A stretch of DNA of 64,000 nucleotides from the human T2T-CHM13v2.0 reference genome, Homo sapiens: assembly GCF_009914755.1 (NCBI RefSeq), contig NC_060926.1; one strand, written 5' to 3'. Both the position numbers and the translations under genes were made by a program. Below, one piece after another: positions 1 through 12,178 of this stretch. The notes under the pieces are model-generated. The model was not told the DNA's origin. It was given only the letters and a program-made list of their open reading frames with translations, and searched no databases. The number at the start of each line of letters is the position of its first letter. Within the stretch, counting starts at the first letter, position 1.

Positions 1-684
1 TTCAACCTTGGTGAATCTGACAATTATGTATCTTGGGGTTGCTCTTCTCGAGGAGTATCTTTGTGGTGTTCTCTGTATTTCCTGAATTTGAATGTTGGCC
101 TGCATTGCTAGGTTGGGGAAGTTCTCCTGGATAATATCGTGAAGAGTGTTTTCCAGCTTGGTTCCATTCTCCCCGTCACTTTCAGGTACACCAATCAAAT
201 GTAGATTTGGTCTTTTCACATACTTCCATATTGCTTGGAGGCTTTGTTCATTTCTTTTTACTCTTTTTTCTCTAAACTTCTCTTCTTGCTTTATTTCATT
301 AATTTGATCTTCAATCACTGATACCCTTTCTTCCACTTGATCAAATCGGCTATTGAAGCTTGTGCATGCCTCATGTAGTTCTCATGCGATGGTTTTCAGC
401 TCCATCAGGTCATTTAAGGTCTTCTCTACACTGTTTATTCTAGTTAGCCATTCTTCTAATCTTTTCTCAAGGTTTTTAGCTTGTTTGCGATGGGTTCGAA
501 CATCTTCCTTTACTTCAGAGAAGTTTGTTATTACTGACCTTCTGAAACATACTTCTGTAAACTCGTCAAAGTCATTCTCTGTCCAGCTTTGTTCTGTTGC
601 TGGCGATGAGCTGCGATCCTTTGGAGGAGAAGAGGCGGTCTGGTTTTTAGAATTTTCTGCTTTTCTGCTCTGGTTTCTCCCTAT
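1..684 (-). pseudogene. L1 ORF1 N-terminal part, start codon mutated
   Basis: Minus strand reads ATAGGGAGAAACCAGAGCAGAAAAGCAGAAAATTCT from 684; L1PA ORF1 starts ATGGGGAGAAACCAG, so ATG has become ATA. Confidence 0.85.
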
Positions 685-1259
685 CTTTGTGGTTTTATCT
701 ACCTTTGGTCTTTGATGTTGGTGACTTACACGTGGGGTTTTGGTGTGGATGTCCTTTTTGTTGATGTTGATGCTATTCCTTTCTGTTTGTTAGTTAGTTT
801 TCCTTCTAACAGTCAGGTCCCTCAGCTGTAGGTCTGTTGGAGTTTGCTGGAGGTCCACTCCAGACGCTGTTTGCCTGGGTATCACCAGCAGAGGCTGCAG
901 AACAGCAAATATTGCTGCCTGATCCTTCCTCTGGAAGCTTTATCTCAGAGGGGCACCTGGCTGTATTAGGTGTCAGTTGGCCCCTACTGGGAGATGTCTC
1001 CCAGTTAAGCTACATGGGACCCACTTGAGGAGGCAGTCTATCCATTCTCAGAGCTCAAACACCATGCTGGGAGAACCACTGCTCTCTTCAGAGCTGTCAG
1101 GGACATTTAAGTCTGTAGAAGTTTCTGCTGCCTTTTGTTCAGCTATGCCCTGCCCCCAGAGGTGGAGTCTACAGAGGCAGACAGGCCTTATTGAGATGAG
1201 GTGGGCTCCACCCAGTTTGAGCTTCCAGGCTGCTGTGTTTTCCTACTCAAGCCTCAGCA

Positions 1260-1586
1260 ATGGCAGACGCCCCTTCCCCAGCCAGGCTGCTGCCTCGCAG
1301 CTGGATCTCAGACTGCTGCGCTAGCAGTGAGCAAGGCTCTGTTGGCATGGGATTTGCTGAGCCAGGCATGGGATATAATCTCCTGGTCTGCCGTTTGCTA
1401 AGACCATTGGAAAAGTGCATTATTTGGGTGGCAGTGTCCCGATTTTCCTGCCATAGTCTGTCACGGCTTCCTTTGGCTAGGAAAGGGACATCCCCCAACC
1501 CCTGTGCTTCCCGGGTAAGGCGATGCCCCACCCTGCTTTGGCTCGCCCTCTGTGGCCTGCACCCACTGTCCAACCAGTCCCAATGA
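1260..1586 (+). CDS. ORF0: L1 antisense ORF0 homologue, open and extended to 108 aa (translation unproven)
   Basis: MADAPSPARLLPRSWISDCCASSEQGSVGMGFAEPGMGYNLLVCR aligns with L1HS ORF0 (MAGAPPPASLPPCSLISDCCASNQRDSVGVGPSEPGVGYSLVVRR, from memory). ATG is in a strong Kozak context (gcaATGG). Confidence 0.6.
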   Translation: MADAPSPARLLPRSWISDCCASSEQGSVGMGFAEPGMGYNLLVCRLLRPLEKCIIWVAVSRFSCHSLSRLPLARKGTSPNPCASRVRRCPTLLWLALCGLHPLSNQSQ

Positions 1587-1687
1587 GATGAACCCGGTAC
1601 CTCAGTGGGAAATGCAGAAATCACTCATCTTCTCTGTCAATCATGCTGGGAACTGCAGACGGGAGCTGTTCCTATTTGGCCATCTTG

Positions 1688-1793
1688 AAAAATATGGAAT
1701 GCTTCATGAATTTGCATGTCATCCTTGCACAGGGTCTTGCTGGTCTTCTCTGTATTGTTCCAGTTTTAGTATATGTGCTGCCGTAGTGAGCAC
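1688..1793 (-). pseudogene. RNU6: Full-length U6 snRNA retrocopy fused to the L1 5' end (U6/L1 chimera)
   Basis: Minus strand GTGCTCACTACGGCAGCACATATACTAAAACTGGAACAATACAGAGAAGACC...AAGGATGACATGCAAATTCATGAAGCATTCCATATTTTT matches U6 over 106 nt. About half the differences are CpG transitions. It ends in 5 T with no poly(A). Confidence 0.97.
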
Positions 1794-1809
1794 CATAAAA
1801 ATTTTATAT

Positions 1810-2760
1810 TTGGTAAGGCAAATAAACTCACAGATATGATGAAAAGGCAAGTCATAGTCTCGAAATGTATTTATAATACATATAAGGAATTAATTTTCTT
1901 AATATTATTATGTATTAATTAATATGTATGGGATATATAACGAATTAATTTCCTTAATATTTAAGTGAATCTTATAGGTTAATGAGAAATGACAGCCCCA
2001 GTAGCAAGAATGAACTAATAATCATAAGGGATAATATTAATAATCATAAGGGATAATATTCATTGTCATTAGTGATTAAATAAATGCTAATTTAACAAAA
2101 TCATATTAAGGCTTTGAGATTATAAAAGAAAAATATATTGTGTTAATAAAGGTATGGTGAAAAGATAATTTCATATACTGAAACAATAATGGTTGAATTT
2201 TATTTAATAAGTTCTATGTGTCAGATCCCATTTTACATTTTATGTATATTTTCACATTTAATCTTCAGAACAACAATAAAATTTGATATTTTACCTATTT
2301 TTCATATGTGGATACTAAGAAGAATTCAAGAACTTGCCCAGTGCCTTCAACCAGATGAGGGTGAGCTAAGATTTCGACCTACAGGCTACTAAGAGGCCAT
2401 GGTCTTACTCATCACTTGAAAGCTACTTTCACTTATGGAAAAATATCAATTGATAATGCCTTTCTAAGAGATAATTTGGCAAAAAATCAATTTAATTACA
2501 AAAGTTGTTATACTTTTACCCACAAATTCTTCTTTTAGGAATATAATAATGTGAGAAAAATACAAAATTATATGTGCAGAAATATTGTTATAATATGGAG
2601 CATAGTGAGAAGATAATGCAAATATGAAAGAATTAGGAAATGGCAGTGTAAATTTAAAGAACAGCTATAGTGGAATATTATGTAGATATTAAAAATGATG
2701 TTGAAACATATTTAATGGTCAGAGATACACACTTTGAGTTCAAGAAGCATGGTACAAGCA
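1810..2760 (+). mobile_element. Ancient L1M(E) 3' fragments, interrupted by a MIR
   Basis: Degenerate A-rich L1 ORF2-end/3' UTR-like sequence (e.g. TATAGTGGAATATTATGTAGATATTAAAAATGATG). Confidence 0.5.
2185..2415 (-). mobile_element. MIR SINE
   Basis: CATTTAATCTTCAGAACAAC...AACTTGCCCAGTG MIR core in reverse orientation. Confidence 0.65.
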
Positions 2761-3240
2761 GTTCCTGTATTCAAATTGCTGCCAAGTCCGATTACAAGCC
2801 CTTTTGATGGTAATGATCTTCTTATTACTAACATTCATAGAGCTCTTTATGAATGTTACTGAGCATTTATAAACAAAAATGTATTTTCATTGCCATGGAC
2901 TTTATATTCTAGTGGAAGAGACTGACAATAAGAACAAAATGGAAAATATACAGCACACTATAAGGACTAAAGAGAAAAACATAAAGCATATGCAACATTG
3001 GTAAGGGCAACTAAAATTTACAGAGAATGACCAGGGGCTCACAAAAGAATCAACTCATAAAACAGAGATCATAAAAAAGTCAACTTTTTACCAAACACCA
3101 TAGATCACCAGAGGAAATTGAATTACAGAGTCAGGGAATAATTTTTCAGAGTTCTGACACCGAGTTAGAACAAAAGGTAGAACACAGGCACTCTGATTTT
3201 CATATGTTACAAATGGAAACTTCAAAAGAATACCATCTAA

Positions 3241-3693
<453 letters not shown>

Positions 3694-4289
3694 ATTTATT
3701 AGACATTTTTTGAATGGATTTCAAGGCACACTAAATCTGACTCACATCTTTGGCTTCTGCTGTAGTTGCTGTACTCCAGCTCCATACTTTATTTTTTATA
3801 ATAACTTTATATCCTATGTATGAAGTCTCCAGAGTGGCTTCTTCTGTGGACTGCCTGTACAATGACACCACTATGACTAAAGCCACTGGATTTCTCCTTT
3901 CTATACTCTGTACTTTTCATGTGCCATGTTGAATAAATGGCCGAATCTAATAGACTTTTACTTTCATCATTTTCTCACATATGCCCTCTGTTTTCCATTG
4001 TCATGACCATGGTATGTTTAGGCTTTAAATTTCTCTCTCTCTCTTTTCCTGAGATAGGCACCACACCAATCTCCCTATTCTCTCACAATTTATCCAGAAA
4101 GCCATCTTCAGACCTTCTGGTTAACAGCTAGATTATCACCAAACCCAATCAGATCATCCTCCTAATCTTGTTCATTCAATCTCACCCTAGTTCCTAGGGT
4201 TAGTGTAAATTCTACATCCTGACAGTCACTACTGGAAGTGGCTGACATTTTCCATCTTATCTTTTACTCTCCATTGTATATGTTTCATA

Positions 4290-4670
4290 GCCCAGCCATG
4301 AAAGAGATAACAATGCTTACCAAATAATCTCCTTTCTCCCACTTTATGCAGCTTCTTGCCATTGAGCTGGCCATATGGCTAGTTCTGGTTAATTGGCTGT
4401 TAGCAGAAAGAACATACGTCATTTCTGTGCCTGAGCCTAGAAGAACAGGTGTGAGTTCTCCATGCTTCTTTATTCTCTTCCTGAAGCAACAAGGAAAGTT
4501 GCACATTTAAATCCTGCAGCTACAAAGTAGTGGAATCTGAGACCTCATTGATCTAGTGTGTGAGCAAAAAATAAACATTTGATGTGTGTTGGTGTGTTGG
4601 TGTGTTGTGCTGCTGGGATTTTGAAGTGAATCTGTTACTACACATAACTTAGCCTCTTTAAACTAGTACA
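4290..4670 (+). mobile_element. MLT1-family MaLR LTR
   Basis: GGCCATATGGCTAGTTCTGGTTAAT...AATAAACATTTG...TGTTACTACACATAACTTAGCC...TACA. Confidence 0.6.
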
Positions 4671-4710
4671 TCAACCAAAGTGGATGAACTCACCAATTCC
4701 TGCACCACAT

Positions 4711-4770
4711 TGTGCTTTCCCTTATTCTTAACTTTGCCTTTGTGCTTTCCCTTATTCTTACCTTTGCCTT
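4711..4770. repeat. 30-bp tandem duplication
   Basis: TGTGCTTTCCCTTATTCTTA(A/C)CTTTGCCTT twice, 1 mismatch. Confidence 0.9.
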
Positions 4771-5559
4771 CGTGTATCTCTCCATTGGGAATATCTTTCT
4801 CTGAATGATCAATTCCTCCATCCCTCCATTGCCTTATTCTAATTATTGGCATATTACTCACCCTTCCAGAACCATCTCTAATGTTAATCATGTCTAGATG
4901 CTTGCCAATCAGATGTAATTTAACTTTCTTCTAATCATGAGGAGGCTTGATAGTCACCTTTTTTATTGCTATTCACAAATTCTGTCTCATCCTATACTTA
5001 TTGGTATACTTACTTTTCCTCTCTGTTAGAAAGCAGGCCCTTCAGAGGGCCTGAATTATACTTACATGTCACACCTGCACAGCCCTTTGTATCTAAGTTT
5101 TCTGGAAAATATTTACAAAACTGAGTTGAAGACTCAGAGTGTGCAATATAATTTTCAAAAATTCTATCATAGTAGCTAAAAGAAATTATGTTTTGATATT
5201 TAGAGAACATCTATATGATGATTTTTGCAGAGTTTTTACTTTCCTGTTTCTTTTCTATTTTCATGATGAAATGGTGAACTCTTTTTTCACTATTTTCTTC
5301 TCTGGGCCTAGCACATTGCTTGGCACAAAATCAAATACTAGATAACTTGTGGGTGAATAAAGAAAGATTCAGTACATAAAACATTACTATATTAAAAATT
5401 GAGTTAGCTAAGACTTAATTGCTTACAAGACCTCTATAGCTGGAAAAAGCATTTAATATATAAGAGTTTTTAGAGGTAACAGTGACTTCAGAATAAGAAA
5501 AATGAAAACTAAATTTAGAAGTAGGTGTTATATTTCATAAAATATTCTCATATATGTTA

Positions 5560-5720
5560 TCTCAGTTGATTGTTGTTCTCATTGTCTGCAGTAAACAGAT
5601 ATTATCCCTACTTTACAGATGAAAAAACAATCACAGCAAAGTTAAGTGACTTGCATAAGGTCAAACAGCTGCTTAAAAACTTTCTCAGGTCTTAATTCCT
5701 GGTCCACAGCTCTGTATTCT
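5560..5720 (-). mobile_element. MIR fragment
   Basis: ATTATCCCTACTTTACAGATGAAAAAAC...GTTAAGTGACTTGCATAAGGTCA. Confidence 0.7.
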
Positions 5721-6904
5721 ACGTTATTACCTTTTTCTAAGTTCAAGACAAGGAACACCTTTAGGATCATCATTTTGCTTGTGTAATGTGTTATCTTGGC
5801 AGCAGCAGCTAGGTAAGTAGTGTAGCTGAAGAAGGCATACATGTACACACACACACACATACACACAAACATAATTATACAAGCGTCCTCCAGTCTGGGC
5901 CAAAATAGAATTAATCCTGTGTTCACTGCTGGTGAATGCTGAAATCTTCCATCTCAGTGTTGTGTTTAAGTCCATATACACACTCTGTAATTGAATGTCA
6001 GGAAATATGAAAATATATTGTTTTATTGCTACTGTTCATTGATTTATCGAAGTGATTTATTGACGATGGACATGCAGTACAACAAATCATTTTGCTGACA
6101 CCATCAGCTGCCTTAACTAGGTTGTCAGCTCACGACATTAAAGGTAATGGATAGTGATTATTTTACAGTAATGGGTTTAATCAGCACTTTGAATGACTTA
6201 GCAGTCATGTCAGAGGAGAGCCAACTTATCATTTATCATGGCAGCATTTTGTTTACCAATATCATCTATAATTCATTTGATTGTTAACAATCATCAGCAA
6301 GTACCTCTCAGGCAAACTTATATCAGAGATGGAAATCTGCGCAGCTGCAGCATGCTAAGTTACCCCAAGGGGCTGCCTGAGCAGACACAGGTGGGGAGGC
6401 ATGCTGTTACCCTGGCCCGAGAGAGGTGGTTTCCAGCAACTGGGCTTTTAATCTTCTCACAGTGGGTTGGATTCTTTATGTTTCCATCTCTTCAACCCCC
6501 TGATTCCATAGGATCTTCAGTAACCCAGAAAGGTTTCAGGTAAAAAATCTATGAAGGTAGGAAAATGAGAGGCACAAGATCTTGTGTTAAGCTTGAGTCA
6601 GCTTAACATAGCTAAATACATCATCTTGGCTCTGCTACTTGTCACAGTAGAAGCCTGAGCTGATCCACTACTGAAGTATCAGACATGTCTGGGGAGGTTT
6701 GATGACCCAATGGGACAGACATAGCAGGAGTCTATTTTCATAAAAGATTGTACAGCTTCCTACAGGAAAGCTCAACAAAATGCTAGGACATTCTTTTTGC
6801 CCTTTGAGCACCTGAAATTTATCTCTAGAGGGTAAAAAGCACATGCATACATCATTTTAAATATAATTTTAGTGATTTTGCAAGCTCTCTAAAGTCTAGC
6901 CCTA

Positions 6905-7160
6905 GGCAGTAAAATAAAGTAATTAGGAGCTTGGATTCTGGAGGAAAGCACACTTGAATAGAACATCTGCTTCGCCCATTGCCAGTTTTGAGACCTTGGG
7001 CAAGTGACTAAACACATTTCAGTTTCATTCATTCACAGCAATAATAATATTACCTTTGTCAAGGGTGCCTATGAATATTAAATGAATTAATGTTGGTGAA
7101 GTGCTTAATGTCATGCCTACACAGAATAAGTGCTCAAAGATTAGTTTTTATTATTGCTAT
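6905..7160 (+). mobile_element. MIR SINE
   Basis: GACCTTGGGCAAGTGACTAAAC...AATAAGTGCTCAAAGATTAG. Confidence 0.75.
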
Positions 7161-8439
7161 TTTTTAACTTATGAATTCAGTCTTACAGCACCTGTCTTTA
7201 CAGAAGAGAGAATCAGAAAGCCAAATTAAGGTGGAAACAAAGCCTTAGTTGTATGAATCCCTTATTGTGTTTTAGTCCTGTTTGTCTATTCATTTTCAGA
7301 CACAATGCCAGCAAGAGACAGAGGGAGGAAAACAGGAGCCATAAATAAGAAGCTGAAAGAAAGAGCTGTTCTGCTAAATCTTGGTGGTGGGCTGCAATAT
7401 AAGTTACACTATCTTGCTTTTCTCTATAACATAAGAAAGCACTACACGGCACATAGCTTTGGCATCTTAAAAGTCCCAGGGCATCAATGCGGGTAGAATG
7501 CCCAGGGGGAGATGACAATACCAATAGGAGGGGCAGCAATGCCTAACACAAGCAGCATGCTCAGCAGAAACAGCAGTGGGAACCACAAAAGCTATAGGAC
7601 CTGGACGTGCCATGGACCCAGATGTATATAAAGCATGAATGAGTAATTCAAATAGCTGATTGAGAGAGGGAGAAGAGGAACAGAGGAACCATGCAGTGGC
7701 TAACAGGACCGTCTGACTTTAAGCATTAGTGGAATATCCCCTGAGGGCTTCCAGAAATTATTTTATTTGGGGGCAAGCATATGTCACCAGAGGCTGGAGA
7801 CCTAAACTAAACTATCAGGGTAGGGATAAAAGCCAGAGAAGCACTGCTCTACAGTCATTAGCAACTTGTCTTTGGCAGAGCCATTTATCCTCTCTTGTCA
7901 TCATTTTTTTTCTCCTCCGTAAACTGAGAGTATTAGTATTAGACAGGATGTGTAGACACCAGTGGGTAAGGGGTCGGTAGAAATACATCAGAATCCTCCT
8001 ATAGTCTTTTTCAAAATACATATAGTTGTGGTCCTCAACAAATCTTATCAAATCCCTGGTCGGGGTTTGGTAGATGTTGGATGGGATGAAGTTGGGAGAG
8101 TTGCACTGGGGTGTGTGTTTGTGTGTGTGTGTACTGGGGTGATGGTATGTATATTTAAACTCCCTGTTATTCTCATTGATATTTCTACTTCTGATAACCG
8201 TAGATTAAACCATCTCTGATTTACTTTCAGTCCTGTGATTCTATACATTTTTGATATGTTAATTAAATTCTAATAGTTATATTTAGTTTCCTTTCATAGA
8301 TCTTTTCTTAGTTCTTTGCCTGGTCCAACCATCCCTGGTCATGGAGTAAGCAAGCCCCTCTAAGTTAGGTACTATAGGAGAGACATTAGAAAAGGGGAGC
8401 ACTCTCAAGTAGTTTAAGAAATGAGTACAAATATTATAA

Positions 8440-8685
8440 TAATAACTTTCATTGATTGCAACGTGATAAACACTGTTCAAAGTGCTTTTAATGTATGAAT
8501 TTATTTAATCTTCACAACATACTTATGAGGTAGGTTTGGTTATTATTCCTGCTTTATAGATGAAAAAAATTCAAGCACTAGGAAGTCAAACAATTTGCCC
8601 AATGTCAACCAGCTAGAGAGTGCTAAAGCCATTCTTTTAACTCAGGCATCTGATTCCGGGGACTGGGCTGTTAACCCTTTCTCTA
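8440..8685 (-). mobile_element. MIR SINE
   Basis: TTTAATCTTCACAACATACTTATGAGGTAGG...TTTATAGATGAAAAAA. Confidence 0.75.
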
Positions 8686-9087
8686 CAGGGCTTGAGAATG
8701 ATTAACACATAAACAAACAGCTAGGGGAGAATGACTCACACAGTGCACTCCTCTCAGATGACAACTGGCACACAGGCGGGTAAGAAACCCTTTCTGAACC
8801 TCACTCATGTGGGTAACCGAAAGACTAATATTGTCCCTATTGGAATTGACAATTAAGATGTGCAGCCAACTTCTTTACTTGGCATGTTATGCAGTATATG
8901 CACAAATCATACTCTCTTTGGTGCTGAAGGGAGAAGGGAAGTGTGGAGACAGGCTGGCCTGGGAATCACAAAGGTGATATTCCAAACATTGGAGCCTGAA
9001 GCACTGAAGACAACTTTGCCTACTTCACAACGTAACTGGGGACAGGCTCTACTTTTGAACCTGACCAACTCCTTTTGGCCTGGATAA

Positions 9088-9382
<295 letters not shown>

Positions 9383-10184
9383 CAAGCAGTCTTTTATCTA
9401 TACAAATCCCAGGGAAAGAGGATAATGTCCAGGAAAAGAGGGACTGTTGAGAATGGCCACCATGATGATGAGATTACAATCACATTCCTGTGGCATGATC
9501 AGGAATCAAACAGGCACTGACCCCTGAAGGAGTGGCATCTTATGACCCCTGGAATAGTGGCAGGGATTTTTAAAAAAAGAAAAGACTTAAATCCTGGTAG
9601 AAGAAAGTGATGATGCAGCTTGCCTAATAGCATGCACTTTATTAGCTAAACATTTCTTTCCACCTATTTCATCATCTGCAAAAAGCTAGGAAATATTCAG
9701 ATTTAAACAACTGGTGTGAAAAAGAGAAACCAATAAAGGAAACTTTTATTGCTTTTGAAATAACCCCATTTACTTATACCTCCATAATGCAACAGTAGTT
9801 GTCTGTCTCCGCTCTGGCTCCAGGAAATATTAACTTGAAAGTCTTCTCTCTGCCAAAACCATCTTTTCTCATCTCCGGGTGATAAGCAGGATACTCAGGA
9901 AGGAGGTAGAGGAGAATAAGGGGTCTTCAAAATGAATTTGTACACAACAAGCAAAAGCTGCTAGTGCAGAGATATTTCCTCATTTACTAAAACTTCTTCC
10001 TGCCACATGCCCCTCACAGGACTCCAAAATGAGGATATGCCTGCTCAAATACCAGTACATTCCACTTGGAAGGAGAGTCCCTTGCCAAAAGTGATGTCAC
10101 AGCTCAGAAGAAATGAGAAGTGCTCATAATCAGGAAGTATATACCACTTTCTCTCCTGCTGCAAGGGAAAGGATGGAAGCTGGG

Positions 10185-10537
10185 TGTATTAGTCCCCACT
10201 CATGATGCTAATAAAGACATACCCAAGACTGGGTAATTTATAAAGGGAAGAGGTTTATTGGTCTCACAGCTGGGGGTGCCTCACAATCATGGTGGAAGGT
10301 GAAGGAAGAGCAAAAGCACTTCTTACATGGCAGCAGACAAGACAGCATGTGTACGGAAACTGCCCTTTATAAAACCATCAGGTCTCATGATACTTATACA
10401 CTATCAGAAAACACCACGGGAAAAACCCACCCCCATGATTCAGTTACCTCCCACTGGATCCCTCCCATGACACATGTGGATTATGGGAGCTACAATTCAA
10501 GATGATATTTGGGTGGGGACGCAGCCAAATCATATCA
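10185..10537 (-). mobile_element. THE1 (THE1C-like) solo LTR
   Basis: TGTATTAGTCC...CCAAATCATATCA termini. Perfect 5-bp TSD CTGGG at 10180-10184 and 10538-10542. Confidence 0.92.
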
Positions 10538-11310
10538 CTGGGATTGCTCTTTTTCTCTGAAAATCCAAATGCTTGATTTATTAAAATTTGAAGAAATTTA
10601 AATAATCAAAGTTTTCTGCTCAAGTGCTAAACATGAAGCTCAGAGCTTTTGAGAGATTTCAAATATTCAATTAATCACTGTTTTATTGAGGGCCTGCACA
10701 TACATAAGATAAGCCACAACATAACCAAATGATCAAACAGACTGTACAAAGAGGAGATATTAGTGTTGGCTAAACAAGCCTTTAGAACAAAGTGGGCCTT
10801 GAGGAAATGATTGACCACAAAAGGGGTGAGGACAATCAAGAAGACAAAAACTGCATCAGCAAAACTTTGAAGATGGAATATTATTGAAAAATGAGGTCAT
10901 CCCCATGAGGATAACTTGATTTGGCTACAAGTGTGTGTATATAAATTACTGCCTAAAAGTATGTTAATATTACTGTAATTTTTGATGAATATCACATGAG
11001 TCATATCTAATTTTCAGTCCTTCAAAGTTAACTGGATGGGTGCAATTTAGCAAAGTTGTGACAAAATAGTAATGGCAGTGTTGCAAATTTCCTTTCTAAT
11101 GAATGAGGGCGTGACCAATGTCTCCATATGGTACTTTTGCTATCAAACGTGCATTGTTTAGACATTTTAACAATTGGACCATTCTACATTTTGGACAGGA
11201 TATGTTAACAGACAACTTTTTCTGAACTAACTTTAAATGTTTAATAGAAACAATGCATCCTATATATGCTCATTGTAGATTTTTAAATTCAGATTTTAAA
11301 AATGAAGAAA

Positions 11311-12115
11311 AAAGGTTAGACGAATTGCTAACTAGAACAACCAGTGCAGAGAAGAACATAAATGACCTGATGGAGTTGAAAAACAGAGCATGAGAACTTC
11401 ATGAAGCATACACAAGCTTCAATAGCCAAATCAATCATGCAGAAGAAAGGATATCAGTGATTGAAGATCAACTCAATGAAATAAAGTGAGAAGACAAGAT
11501 GAGAGAAAAAAGAGTGAAAAGAAATGAACAAAGCCTCCAAGAAATATGGGACTATGTGAAAAGACCAAATCTACATTTGACTGGTGTACCTGAAAGTGAT
11601 GGGGAGAATGGAACCAAGTTGGAAAACACTCTTCAGGGTATTATCCAGGAGAACTTCCTCAACCAAGCAAGGCAAGCCAACATTCACATTCAGGAAATAC
11701 AGAGAACACCACAAAGATATTCCTCAAGAAGAGCAACCTGAACATGCATAATCATCAGATTCACCAAGGCTGAAATGAAGGAAAAAATGTTAAGGGCAGC
11801 CAGAGAGAAAGGTCGATTGCCCACAAAGGGAAGCCCACCAGACTAAGAGTGGATCTCTCAGCAGAAACTCTAGAAGCAAGTAGAGAGTGGGAGCCCATAT
11901 TCAACATTCTTAAAGAAAAGAATTTTCAACCTAGAATTTCACATCCAGCCATACTTAGCTTCATAAGTGAAGGAGAAATAAAATCCCTTACAGACAAGCA
12001 AATGCTGAGAGATTTTGTCACCACCGGGCCTGCTTTACAAGAGCTCCTGAAGGAAGCACTAAACATGGAAAGGAACAACTGGTACCAGCCATCACAAAAA
12101 CATGCCAAATTGTAA
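11311..12115 (+). pseudogene. L1 ORF1p remnant (RRM/CTD region)
   Basis: Fragments NEQSLQEIWDYVKRPNL and LLKEALNMERNNWYQPSQKHAKL; frameshifted. Confidence 0.9.
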
Positions 12116-12178
12116 AGAGTATTGATGCTATGAAGAAACTGCATAAACTAATGGGCAAAATAACCAGCTAGCATCATA

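Larger units (their letters stand above)
1..1687 (-). mobile_element. LINE-1 (L1PA5-7-like) 5' UTR and 5' part of ORF1; continues beyond the window start
   Basis: Minus strand begins CAAGATGGCCAAATAGGAACAGCTCC at 1687 (L1 5' end with YY1 core). A ~1 kb 5' UTR follows, including the segment at ~841-955 that the youngest L1s lack, then ORF1 sequence. Confidence 0.95.

Noticed and set aside
1688-1793. Functional U6 snRNA gene
   Set aside because: About a dozen substitutions, fusion to L1, and no recognisable external PSE/TATA promoter; this is a retrocopy.
1552-1839. ORF spanning the L1-U6 junction
   Set aside because: Non-ATG start and antisense to both elements; a chance frame.
4658-4891. 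ORF with repeated KGKNKGKH
   Set aside because: It is only the translation of the 30-bp tandem duplication.
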